A stretch of 64,000 nt of DNA from Candidatus Woesearchaeota archaeon (GTDB lineage Archaea > Nanobdellota > Nanobdellia > Pacearchaeales > GW2011-AR1): the NCBI GenBank assembly GCA_964534185.1, contig CAZHOH010000004.1, forward strand, positions 17,438 through 81,437. The letters are read 5' to 3'. Position numbers and translations under genes: made by a program. Positions within the stretch are counted from its first letter, which is position 1. Each line of letters starts with the position of its first letter. This document shows, in pieces, positions 9,741 through 17,815 of this stretch. The notes beneath the pieces are model-generated. The model did no database searches. It worked only from the letters and a program-made list of their open reading frames with translations, and had not been told where the DNA came from.

Positions 9741-10536
9741 GTTTATCTTCGAATTTTGATTCTATTTTGTTTGTGATTATATCGTCGTATTGTTGGAATT
9801 TTTTTGTATCTTTGTGAATCCATATTTCTTCCAGATGATTTTCTTGATGTAGCCAGAGTTTGTTTGTGTTGTCTAGGTGAAGAAGAGGTATGAATGTTTC
9901 TATTTTTTCTTCTCTTTTTTGTCCTGCGAATTCGCTGAATTTTATTTTTTCGTTTGTTTCAAAGAGTGATTTTATTCTTGTGTGGATGTGTTTTATTCTT
10001 TCTGCGATGTTGATTGTTTTTTTTGGAATGAATAATTTTGTTTTTTCGATTTGTTCTTTTTCTATGCGTTTCTTTATTAGTCTTCTGTTTTCTGTTGTCA
10101 TTGCTTTGCTTAGCGCTGACATTAGTTCGTTAAGGCTGACTTTTTTGTATCTTGGGAGAGGGGTTCTCGGCATGAGTTCTGGAATGTCTTCGTCTTCTAT
10201 TTCAGATATGTCTAGTTTTTGTTGAATTTCTTTTTTGTTGTTGAATAAGACGTCATCTAAGTCTTTTATGTAACGATTCATCAAGAGTTCTGATTTGATT
10301 CTTAATAGAAGGGAGCAGACTAACAGGACTTTGCTGCTTAGTGAGAAATTTGCTTCTTCGAGAATTCTTATTTTTTCAAGGTATTTTTGGGCGAGAAATG
10401 AGAGGTTGATGTCCCAAGGGTCAAGTTGTTCTGTGTTGATTAAATCGTAGATTATTTCCTGCCATGTTATTTCTTTTTCGAATAAAAATGATTGGAATTC
10501 TTCTTGTCCTATTTTTTGGGGCTTGTTTTCTTGCAT
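9724..10536 (-). CDS. scpA: segregation and condensation protein A (ScpA/kleisin)-like
   Basis: N-terminal region EITWQEIIYDLINTEQLDPWDINLSFLAQKYLEKIRILEE resembles the ScpA N-terminal helix motif. The rest is acidic coiled-coil. Confidence 0.5.
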   Translation of the reverse strand: MQENKPQKIGQEEFQSFLFEKEITWQEIIYDLINTEQLDPWDINLSFLAQKYLEKIRILEEANFSLSSKVLLVCSLLLRIKSELLMNRYIKDLDDVLFNNKKEIQQKLDISEIEDEDIPELMPRTPLPRYKKVSLNELMSALSKAMTTENRRLIKKRIEKEQIEKTKLFIPKKTINIAERIKHIHTRIKSLFETNEKIKFSEFAGQKREEKIETFIPLLHLDNTNKLWLHQENHLEEIWIHKDTKKFQQYDDIITNKIESKFEDKLNSTS

Positions 10537-10567
10537 AATAGGAATTAAGGAAAAGGAGTTTATAAGA

Positions 10568-10744
10568 TTAGTTGTCTCTGTTGATTAATGCACCGTTGCT
10601 TTTTATTGGGACTTGGAAAACTGTTTTGCATTTTTCACATTGTGCTGTTACTATGATTGTTATTGCTGTGAGGACTTTGCAGCCTTTTGTCATGAGTTTT
10701 GAGCCCATTTTTATTTCTATTTCGTTTCCGCACTGACATTTCAT
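10568..10744 (-). CDS. small zinc-ribbon protein (58 aa)
   Basis: Hand-translated ORF MKCQCGNEIEIKMGSKLMTKGCKVLTAITIIVTAQCEKCKTVFQVPIKSNGALINRDN with CxC...CxxC. It is below the 60-aa cutoff of the ORF track. Confidence 0.3.
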   Translation of the reverse strand: MKCQCGNEIEIKMGSKLMTKGCKVLTAITIIVTAQCEKCKTVFQVPIKSNGALINRDN

Positions 10745-11112
10745 AGAATTAGTTGAATAGGGAGGGTTTTAAAGATTTTGATTATTTAGATAGATTTTTT
10801 ATGAAATTGCCTGAAATGGCATTAGTCATTTTCAAAGGGTAACATAATCGAAAGGTTTAAATAGTAGTGGAATGTGGTATTATTAATCACCTCTTTTTCC
10901 CCATTAGAGGCAATCCAACACTCTTTTTGAACGTTGGGTTTCCTCTTCTCGGGGTTATGTTCTTAAGTTAATACTGAACTCTTGGATGATAAAAATGTAG
11001 AGTTTACTTAAATGGACTACAATCAAGAGAAAAAGAGGTATTGACTTATATTAATTATTGTATGGTGATAACAAATAGAAAGGTTTAAAAGTTAGTATTT
11101 TATTGATATTTT

Positions 11113-12816
11113 ATGATTCGCAATGGAAGAAATTTTGTTGTAAGAGAAAATCCTGAATCTAAGCAGGTTATTGTTTATAGTGGTAATACTCAGAGATTTC
11201 TTTCTTCTGAAGAGTTTGAAGAATTAAAATTCCAGATTAAGGATGTTAGGATTTTGGCAGGAAAAACATTGGGTTCAAGAAGTGGATATCTTTATTCTAA
11301 TGATAGAGAAGATATGGAAGAGTTTTATGGGCTTCCTGATGAAGTGATTATAGGGCAAGTTATTTTTGGAGAAAGAGATTTGGAAGAGAATTCTCAAGAA
11401 TTTGAAAAAGCTTCTACTCGTGCTAATGTTTTTGCAAAAAGGATTCCACCTATTTTTGACAGAGATTCTGAATCATTCAAAGAATACGAAGATGAAGAAG
11501 GGAAATCTTATAGGAGATTTCCAACAGTTGATGCTATAATTAATATTTTTGCAGGTAGTAAACCTTTTAGAAGTTTTGTAGATAAATCAGAGCTTGAAGA
11601 TATTTTAATGTTTGCAGATTTGGGTACAAAGGGATTTTCAGAACAAACTAAAAAACAAGTTTTAGACAAAGTTGCTCGACATTATCATTTCAAAGATACA
11701 GAATCCAGAGAATATGTTTTAGAAAAAGCTTCTGAAGCTTTTGATATGTTACAGAAGGAACTTCCACCAGTATCAAGAGATGGGCTTGTTCTTGTTTATG
11801 GAGGAGAAGATACAGCAGAAATTGTTAATCGACCTTTTTGGTATTTGCATTATAGTCCTCAATCAGTTGATAAAGTTCTTGAAAGTTATTGGCAAGAATT
11901 GGGCAGAAAAATTGAAACTCATGAACCTGTTGATAAAAAGGATATAGATACTGCTATTAGAAATTTAGAATTATTTCCTGAGAATGTTCCTGCGAATGTT
12001 TATGGATATTTTGAGTATGCTCAGGAGAGAGGAATTTCTCCTCAGATACTATTTGCAGCCAATAGTAAAGCTAATGAAATAGTTGAAACTCAAAATTATT
12101 CTGTTTTATCAAGGTCAACATTAAATCATTGCTCTGATGAATTGAGAGAAAGTTTATTGTCAGGATTAGAAGAATTTGTTGTTCATAGAATGGCCCCGGA
12201 GATATTGGGTTCTAATTCTCTTGGGAATGCGATTAAACAATTAGGACTTCCCAATATTGAGGGATTGGGAGAGACTTATGAAAATGTTGTTGGCAGGGCA
12301 ATTGATGATTATTTACAAAATCCTTTTGAATATATGGATTTTGGGAAGTTTATTGGAGTTGTAAATAGAACTCTTGGAGGGCATTTTATTGGAACAAAAG
12401 TTGCACAGAGTGTTGAAAGAATGAAATCTGAACCTGATTTTTATAAGAGGTTTGTTGAATATATTGATAGTTCTGTTCAACTTGAAAGTATGAGATTACC
12501 TTTATCTGAAGTAAGAACTTTGGTAGGGGTTTCTTCACAAAAACTTAAAGATGTTGCTAATCAGGCAATTGATGGAGCTCATAAGATGAAACTTCAAGGA
12601 CTTAATGATGCGGAATTTGCTAAATATGTCTCTAATGTTTCTTTATCTTCAGGAAAAGTTCAGACACAAGATTATGTTTTAAGAAGAGTTCATGGAATGG
12701 TTTCAGAGGATTTAGAAAAGGGTGTTTCTTTTCGGCAAGCCCTTAGAAATGTAGGTATTACAAAAGCTCCGGCAATAGTGAGAAATTCTTTTGAAGCTCA
12801 ATATAGTTTTAATTAA
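11113..12816 (+). CDS. hypothetical protein (567 aa)
   Basis: Long ORF with no recognisable catalytic motif, flanked by ORF-poor DNA. Confidence 0.45.
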   Translation: MIRNGRNFVVRENPESKQVIVYSGNTQRFLSSEEFEELKFQIKDVRILAGKTLGSRSGYLYSNDREDMEEFYGLPDEVIIGQVIFGERDLEENSQEFEKASTRANVFAKRIPPIFDRDSESFKEYEDEEGKSYRRFPTVDAIINIFAGSKPFRSFVDKSELEDILMFADLGTKGFSEQTKKQVLDKVARHYHFKDTESREYVLEKASEAFDMLQKELPPVSRDGLVLVYGGEDTAEIVNRPFWYLHYSPQSVDKVLESYWQELGRKIETHEPVDKKDIDTAIRNLELFPENVPANVYGYFEYAQERGISPQILFAANSKANEIVETQNYSVLSRSTLNHCSDELRESLLSGLEEFVVHRMAPEILGSNSLGNAIKQLGLPNIEGLGETYENVVGRAIDDYLQNPFEYMDFGKFIGVVNRTLGGHFIGTKVAQSVERMKSEPDFYKRFVEYIDSSVQLESMRLPLSEVRTLVGVSSQKLKDVANQAIDGAHKMKLQGLNDAEFAKYVSNVSLSSGKVQTQDYVLRRVHGMVSEDLEKGVSFRQALRNVGITKAPAIVRNSFEAQYSFN

Positions 12817-12819
12817 TAA

Positions 12820-13056
12820 TTATTCTTTCTTTTCTTGTTCTTTCTTTCCAACAGATTTGAATTCTGTGTAATGACAGTTTCCGCAGTATTGGCGATTGCT
12901 AGAATCTAGAAGAAATATTCCTGGACCGCATCTTGGGCAAGAAGGTGCTCTTTTTATTTTGTCGCCTTCTATTGTGTATTTTGTATATTTTTTACTAGTC
13001 TTTTTATTTCTGTGGGGTTTTTTTCCTTTTTTTTCTACTTTCTTTTTCTTTGCCAT
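12820..13056 (-). CDS. rps27ae: ribosomal protein S27ae (eS31)
   Basis: C4 zinc ribbon CPRCGPG...CGNCHYTEF. A basic KKKK N-terminus is typical of eS31. Confidence 0.85.
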   Translation of the reverse strand: MAKKKKVEKKGKKPHRNKKTSKKYTKYTIEGDKIKRAPSCPRCGPGIFLLDSSNRQYCGNCHYTEFKSVGKKEQEKKE

Positions 13057-13075
13057 TTGTAATTTTCAACTTTCT

Positions 13076-13501
13076 TTATTGAGGGTTTTCCTCTTGTTTA
13101 GGTTCTGATTCAGCATTTTGTTCTTGGTTTTCTTTTGGTGTTTCTGTTTGTTCTGCCGGTTGTTCTTGTTCTGCTTTTTGTTTTGCCTCTTCTTCAGCTT
13201 TCTTTTTTTCTTCTTCAGCTTTTTTAGCTTCTTCAATTTTCTGTTTTCTTTGTTTTCGCGTTATTGTTTCATATTTTGTTTTGTTTTCTGTTGAGTCGTA
13301 GATTTTTGCTTTTATCCAGAATTTTTTTTGTCCGAATTCACCTTTAATTGACTCTATTACTATGCTGTCTTCAGATGAGCTTTCTTGTTCTGCTATTTGT
13401 TTTGCTATGTCTTGTGTTGAAGGAGCTGAAGCTGACTCTAAGACCAAGGTTATTTCTTTTCTTTTTAATAGGGGGTTTTGTTTTTCCTGAATTAGTTTCA
13501 T
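13076..13501 (-). CDS. rps24e: ribosomal protein S24e (eS24) with K/E-rich C-terminal extension
   Basis: N-terminal ~95 aa match S24e (NPLLKRKEI...FGQKKFWIKAKIYDS). They are followed by a ~45-aa lysine/glutamate-rich tail. Confidence 0.8.
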   Translation of the reverse strand: MKLIQEKQNPLLKRKEITLVLESASAPSTQDIAKQIAEQESSSEDSIVIESIKGEFGQKKFWIKAKIYDSTENKTKYETITRKQRKQKIEEAKKAEEEKKKAEEEAKQKAEQEQPAEQTETPKENQEQNAESEPKQEENPQ

Positions 13502-13725
13502 TTTTGTTTTTGGAAATAATCTGCTTTTTTATCAAGGTTTAGGTTTTTTGCAAATTCTGATTGTTCTGCGTTGAATATAATAACTCTTCCTCTGATTTTG
13601 TCGCTTTGGATTTTTTCAAGTTTTTCAGGCTTCTTTTTTTCCTCTGGTTTTTCTTCTGTTTGTTGTTCCTGAGTATTCTCTTGTGTTCCTGTTTGTTCTA
13701 TAGGGTTTTTATTTTGTTCTTCCAT
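13498..13725 (-). CDS. spt4: Spt4/RpoE''-like transcription elongation factor lacking the zinc ribbon
   Basis: C-terminal GRVIIFNAEQSEFAKNLNL matches the Spt4 NGN-binding core. The N-terminal ~45 aa are Q/E/K low complexity with no Cys. The gene sits between rpoE and S24e, as in the canonical archaeal operon. Confidence 0.55.
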   Translation of the reverse strand: MEEQNKNPIEQTGTQENTQEQQTEEKPEEKKKPEKLEKIQSDKIRGRVIIFNAEQSEFAKNLNLDKKADYFQKQK

Positions 13726-13726
13726 T

Positions 13727-14329
13727 TTATTTTTTCTTTGTAGGTTTTGCAGATTTTTCTTCTGCTTTTAGTGCCTGCTTTGCCGCTTTTTTAGATTGCT
13801 TTTTTTCTTCGATTATCCATTCTATTTTTCCTAATCCTGGTTGTCTCATTGTGAGTCCAATTTTTGCTTCGCCCATTTTGTGGCTTATTGCAACTATTCT
13901 TGCTATACAGTTGTCTCCTTTTTTTAGAGACTTTTTGTTTGTCTTTCCTGTTAAGGTGTTTGTTTTTGAGAAACTTACGTAGTCATCCATTGTTTGGCTG
14001 ATATGAATCATTCCTTGCGCTGCACCTAAATCAATGAACGCTCCGAAGTTTGTTATTTCTGCGATTGTTCCGTATACTAATTCTTGTAATTCGGGTTTCC
14101 ATACAACTATTTTAAAGTTTGATTTGTAATATGCTGCTCCGTCGCCAGGAATTATTACTCCTTCTTCTATATCTCCTACTTCTGCTACTGCGATTACAGA
14201 GCCGAGTTCTTTGTCAAAATATTCTGCGTAGGTTTCCTTTAGCTGGGTTTTAACAGCTTCCTGAGTAGGCAATCCGAATAATTTCGGTTCTACCCTTATG
14301 TAATCCTCTACGTCAACTAAATAGAACAT
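13727..14329 (-). CDS. rpoE: DNA-directed RNA polymerase subunit E (Rpo7/RpoE')
   Basis: N-terminal MFYLVDVEDYIRVEPKLFG and an S1-like domain (GTIAEITNFGAFIDLGAAQGMIHISQ). The C-terminus has a K-rich tail. Confidence 0.85.
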   Translation of the reverse strand: MFYLVDVEDYIRVEPKLFGLPTQEAVKTQLKETYAEYFDKELGSVIAVAEVGDIEEGVIIPGDGAAYYKSNFKIVVWKPELQELVYGTIAEITNFGAFIDLGAAQGMIHISQTMDDYVSFSKTNTLTGKTNKKSLKKGDNCIARIVAISHKMGEAKIGLTMRQPGLGKIEWIIEEKKQSKKAAKQALKAEEKSAKPTKKK

Positions 14330-14419
14330 TTTATATAAAATGAGGTAAATTGAGGTTTATAAAGTTTGTGAGTAGTGAAAATTGCAAAGTTATTTTAATT
14401 ATTCTTATTTAAGGTTTTT

Positions 14420-14680
14420 ATGGTAAATATTCTTTATTTGACATTATTTAGGAAATGGTTTGATGAGGTTTTGCAGGGAAAGAAGAAGATTGAGTTTAGA
14501 GAGATAAAACCTTATTGGACTAAAAGATTGGATGGGAGGCAGTATGATTATGTTATTTTTAAAAATGGATATTCAAAAGAGGCTCCTATGATGAAAGTTG
14601 AATGTCTTGGAATTAGAAAAAAGGAGAGGTATGAGATTTTACTTGGCAGGATTTTGGAAACTGCTAATTTGAAATTATGA
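14420..14680 (+). CDS. ASCH/PUA-like domain protein
   Basis: 86 aa. The FRKWFDEVLQGKKKIEFREIKPYW pattern resembles the ASCH-domain N-terminus (GKKTxExR). Confidence 0.45.
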   Translation: MVNILYLTLFRKWFDEVLQGKKKIEFREIKPYWTKRLDGRQYDYVIFKNGYSKEAPMMKVECLGIRKKERYEILLGRILETANLKL

Positions 14681-15070
14681 AAATTTAATCTGTGTTTTTT
14701 GACGGATTGTTAGGAACTGAGTTTGGGGTGCTTTATTTTTTATTTTTTGTTTTAGGTTTCTGTCAAGGGTTGCTATTGTTACTTTATTTTTTATTGTAAA
14801 TGCGATCATGCCTGCGTCAACATCGGGAGTTTTTATTGAAGGGGTTTTTATTTCAGAGGGGTTTTTTTGAATTATTAGTATTGCGAGTTGTGCTGCCTGC
14901 TTTTCTGTTGTTTTTGTTTCTTTGCTTGATTGGAGCTTTTTTATTTCGTTTATTACTTCAAGGGGAATTATTATTTCTGGATTGTCAATTAGATTTTTTA
15001 TTTGTTCTAGTAAATCTATTTTTTGTTTTAATGCCGTTATGATAAAGTTTGTGTCTAGCAGGACTTTCAT
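14675..15070 (-). CDS. PIN-domain nuclease
   Basis: N-terminal acidic motif LLDTNFII, a later DVDAG...ATLD and 131 aa are typical of the PIN fold. The start overlaps the stop of the upstream small membrane ORF (ATGA). Confidence 0.7.
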   Translation of the reverse strand: MKVLLDTNFIITALKQKIDLLEQIKNLIDNPEIIIPLEVINEIKKLQSSKETKTTEKQAAQLAILIIQKNPSEIKTPSIKTPDVDAGMIAFTIKNKVTIATLDRNLKQKIKNKAPQTQFLTIRQKTQIKFS

Positions 15071-15303
15071 TTTTTTTTACCTGAATATTTTTTAAAATCA
15101 TCGGCTAAATGGTAAAAACTTTTTTCTAGATTGGCTAATCTTGTTTCGGTTCTTGTTATTTTTACTGCGATTCCGAAAACGATTGTTAAGATGAACATAA
15201 GGATTGTTTGTTCAAATGTTGGTGAATTGCCGAATAAGTACCATGTCCCTGTTGCTATTGAAAGGATTATTAGAATCCATAAAATTATATCATACCATTC
15301 CAT
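15067..15303 (-). CDS. small membrane-anchored protein co-transcribed with PIN nuclease
   Basis: 78 aa with one N-terminal TM helix and a charged C-terminal helix. There is a 4-nt overlap with the PIN gene. Confidence 0.4.
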   Translation of the reverse strand: MEWYDIILWILIILSIATGTWYLFGNSPTFEQTILMFILTIVFGIAVKITRTETRLANLEKSFYHLADDFKKYSGKKK

Positions 15304-15452
15304 TTATACTCCTTTGAAAAAGGAGATGATTAGTATTATGAAAGCAATTGCTATTAAAACCCAAATAACAATGTCTCTCCAGTCAAGAGATTTATTTTTC
15401 ATTTTGTTTTATAGGAAAAAATGTTTAAATAGTCTTTGTTATTTGTTTTTGT

Positions 15453-16010
15453 ATGAAAGAGGTTGAACATGTTGTTTCTTTGTTGATTGATGCGAAGAAA
15501 GCTGTGCAAGAAGGAGATGTTGTTAAATTACGCGACTTGAGTAATCAGACTGTTCATACTTCTTCTATTTATCAGGATGAAGATAATGTTCTTGTTGCGG
15601 TTTTTATTTATGCTCTTTCAAAAATTATTGAAAAAGGCGAAAAATATTATAAGCAGGATTATCAGAAGTATGTTGGCTTGTATGTTAAAGTAATTGAAAA
15701 ATCTGTTCGGCATTTGAATAATGGAGATGAAAAGGGCTTTAGGAAAGATATTAGTTTTGTTTTGAAATCTAAGGAGGCGAAAGGTGACTTGAAAAAGTAT
15801 TTACAGGATATTTTGAGAAAAGCGAGGATAAATAAAGCTTCACATGTTTATGAGCATGGGATTTCTATGAAAAAAACTGCTCGCCTTTTGGATATTTCTC
15901 TTTGGGAGCTTGCAGAGTATGCAGGACAGAAAGGGGTTTCTGATTCTAATTATAATTTTACTAAAAGTGTTAAAGATAGAATTAAAATTGCTGTGGAGCT
16001 GTTTAAATGA
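15453..16010 (+). CDS. hypothetical protein with C-terminal HTH-like segment
   Basis: 185 aa. GISMKKTARLLDISLWELAEY resembles a helix-turn-helix. A 4-nt ATGA overlap couples it to the downstream gene. Confidence 0.4.
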   Translation: MKEVEHVVSLLIDAKKAVQEGDVVKLRDLSNQTVHTSSIYQDEDNVLVAVFIYALSKIIEKGEKYYKQDYQKYVGLYVKVIEKSVRHLNNGDEKGFRKDISFVLKSKEAKGDLKKYLQDILRKARINKASHVYEHGISMKKTARLLDISLWELAEYAGQKGVSDSNYNFTKSVKDRIKIAVELFK

Positions 16011-16690
16011 AAATCTTGATTTTTGATTCAGGGACTTTGATTACTTTATCTATGAATTGTATGCTCGGAATTTTGCATAAGTTGAAAGAGGATTTTGATG
16101 GAAAGTTTGTTATTCCTGAAGAGGTTAAAGAAGAGATTGTTGATCGTCCTATGAATATTCCGAAATATAAACTTGGTGCAATGAGGCTTAAAGTTTTGAT
16201 TGATAGGGGTGTTTTGGAATTTCCAGATAGTTTGGGTGTTGATAAAGCAAGGATTAAGAAAAGAAGTAAAGAGATTTTGAATTCGGCTAATGCGTTTTTG
16301 TATGCTGATGGAAAATCAGTTCATTTAATTGATGATGGTGAGGCTGCAGTGATTGCTTTAAGTAATCTGCTTGATGAAAAGGGGATTGAGAATGTTGTTG
16401 CTATGGATGAGAGAACGACAAGGGTTTTGTGTGAGAAGCCAGAGAATTTGAAAAAACTTTTAGAGAATAAACTCCATACAAAAGTCATTATTAAGAAAAA
16501 AAATTATGAGACGAAATTTTTTGGTAATGTAAGATTTATTCGTTCGCCTGAACTGATTTATGTTGCGTTTAAGAAGGATTTTATCGAAGATAAATCTAAG
16601 GATATGCTTGATGCTATGTTGTATGGGGCAAAGTATAAAGGGGCTGCAATTTCAAGTTCTGAGATAAAAGCGATTGAAAGGATGGTTTAG
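16007..16690 (+). CDS. hypothetical protein, possible PIN-like N-terminal domain
   Basis: 227 aa. N-terminal KILIFDSGTLITL resembles PIN motif I (xLDTSALI). Confidence 0.35.
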   Translation: MKILIFDSGTLITLSMNCMLGILHKLKEDFDGKFVIPEEVKEEIVDRPMNIPKYKLGAMRLKVLIDRGVLEFPDSLGVDKARIKKRSKEILNSANAFLYADGKSVHLIDDGEAAVIALSNLLDEKGIENVVAMDERTTRVLCEKPENLKKLLENKLHTKVIIKKKNYETKFFGNVRFIRSPELIYVAFKKDFIEDKSKDMLDAMLYGAKYKGAAISSSEIKAIERMV

Positions 16691-16725
16691 AAATATTTAT
16701 AAAGTTTAATTTTTTTAAAGTAAAA

Positions 16726-17613
16726 ATGAGGTGGAAAATAACTTTAGTTTTTGGGTTGATGCTTTTACTTGTTCTTACAGTGAGTGCGCGGGAAGTTAAT
16801 TACGAAGTTAATACTTTGGAGGGAGTTGAGGTTTATCTTGCTACACTTAATGCTGATGCGGTTTATTCTTCTATTGATTCTAAGTTAATAAAACCTAATG
16901 AGACGATGGATGGAACTTTTAAGACTGTTCTTGAGAGTGATGATATGATTGATTTGTATACTTTAGTTAAGAAACATGATGTTAAAATATTTATGAAAAG
17001 GTTCGAAGATTTTCAAATTACAGGCAATACTGTTTATTTGAATTTAGAGGATGATGATAAAGCTCAGATAAGTAATGAACCTCTTGTTGAAGGGGCTGTT
17101 GAAACTGGGGAAGAGGTTGAGGTAGAGGGTAATGATTCGGTTGAAGGTAATGAGAGTGAGGAAGTTGTGGTGTTAGATTCTGAAAATGAAGAGGTTGAGA
17201 GTGAGGAGGAAGTAGAAAATTCTTCTGCTGAAAATTCTCAAGTTACTGGATTGGCTGCTTTGGGCGATGCTACTGGGAATGTTACCTCTTTTATTATGGA
17301 GGTTAAGTATTATTTGTTATCTGGAATTGTTTTGATTATTGCTGGTTTGCTTGTTTTTAGATACAGAAATAAGTTAGGTTCGGGAAGAGGAAAAAGTAAG
17401 GAGAATGAAAGTGATGACAGACCGCCGAGTGTTTTTGGAGCTCAGATAAGTGATGCTGAAAAGAATTTGATTAGGGCTAAAAAAGAGTTGGCTGAGGTTG
17501 AGGCAGAGTTTGGAAAGGTTAAAGATAAAGAGGGAAGATTAGAAGTTGCTCGACGGAAACTTGAAGAGGATAAAGCTGAACTTGATAGGTTGCAGAAAGG
17601 CGAAGAACGATAA
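16726..17613 (+). CDS. membrane/surface protein with acidic E/V-rich region and coiled coil
   Basis: N-terminal signal/TM segment, an E/V/S acidic stretch, a second TM helix (SGIVLIIAGLLVF), then a coiled-coil C-terminus. Confidence 0.45.
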   Translation: MRWKITLVFGLMLLLVLTVSAREVNYEVNTLEGVEVYLATLNADAVYSSIDSKLIKPNETMDGTFKTVLESDDMIDLYTLVKKHDVKIFMKRFEDFQITGNTVYLNLEDDDKAQISNEPLVEGAVETGEEVEVEGNDSVEGNESEEVVVLDSENEEVESEEEVENSSAENSQVTGLAALGDATGNVTSFIMEVKYYLLSGIVLIIAGLLVFRYRNKLGSGRGKSKENESDDRPPSVFGAQISDAEKNLIRAKKELAEVEAEFGKVKDKEGRLEVARRKLEEDKAELDRLQKGEER

Positions 17614-17664
17614 TTCTTTATTATTAGATAGTCTTATAAAGTAAGAAAAATATTTTTAGTTATA

Positions 17665-17809
17665 GGGTGCATAGTTTAATGGTAAAATAGGCGGCTCCAG
17701 ATGAAGGAAACCTAAGTTTCCTCTCACACACCTTAAAGGGTGTTTGTTAATGTAAGTTGTGAGAATATGGAGTGACCGCCGGCTGGGGGTTCGATTCCTC
17801 CTGCACCCA
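17665..17809 (+). tRNA. tRNA-Trp (anticodon CCA) containing a 74-nt intron after position 37
   Basis: Acceptor GGGTGCA/TGCACCC with discriminator A, D-arm GTTT-AATGGTA-AAAT, anticodon stem GGCGG (17690-94) with loop CTCCAG. The intron spans 17701-17774, then A38 and CCGCC (17776-80). Variable region GGCT and T-arm GGGGG-TTCGATT-CCTCC follow. Exon CTCCA pairs with intron-end TGGAG, consistent with a BHB motif. The intron has the hairpin GGAAAC-CTAA-GTTTCC. Confidence 0.8.
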
Positions 17810-17815
17810 TTTTTT

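Noticed and set aside
17759-17815. Tracked upstream extension of the MFS transporter ORF
   Set aside because: It lies inside exon 2 of tRNA-Trp. The ATG at 17816 (MKEKIKKKE…) immediately after the tRNA is the more plausible start.
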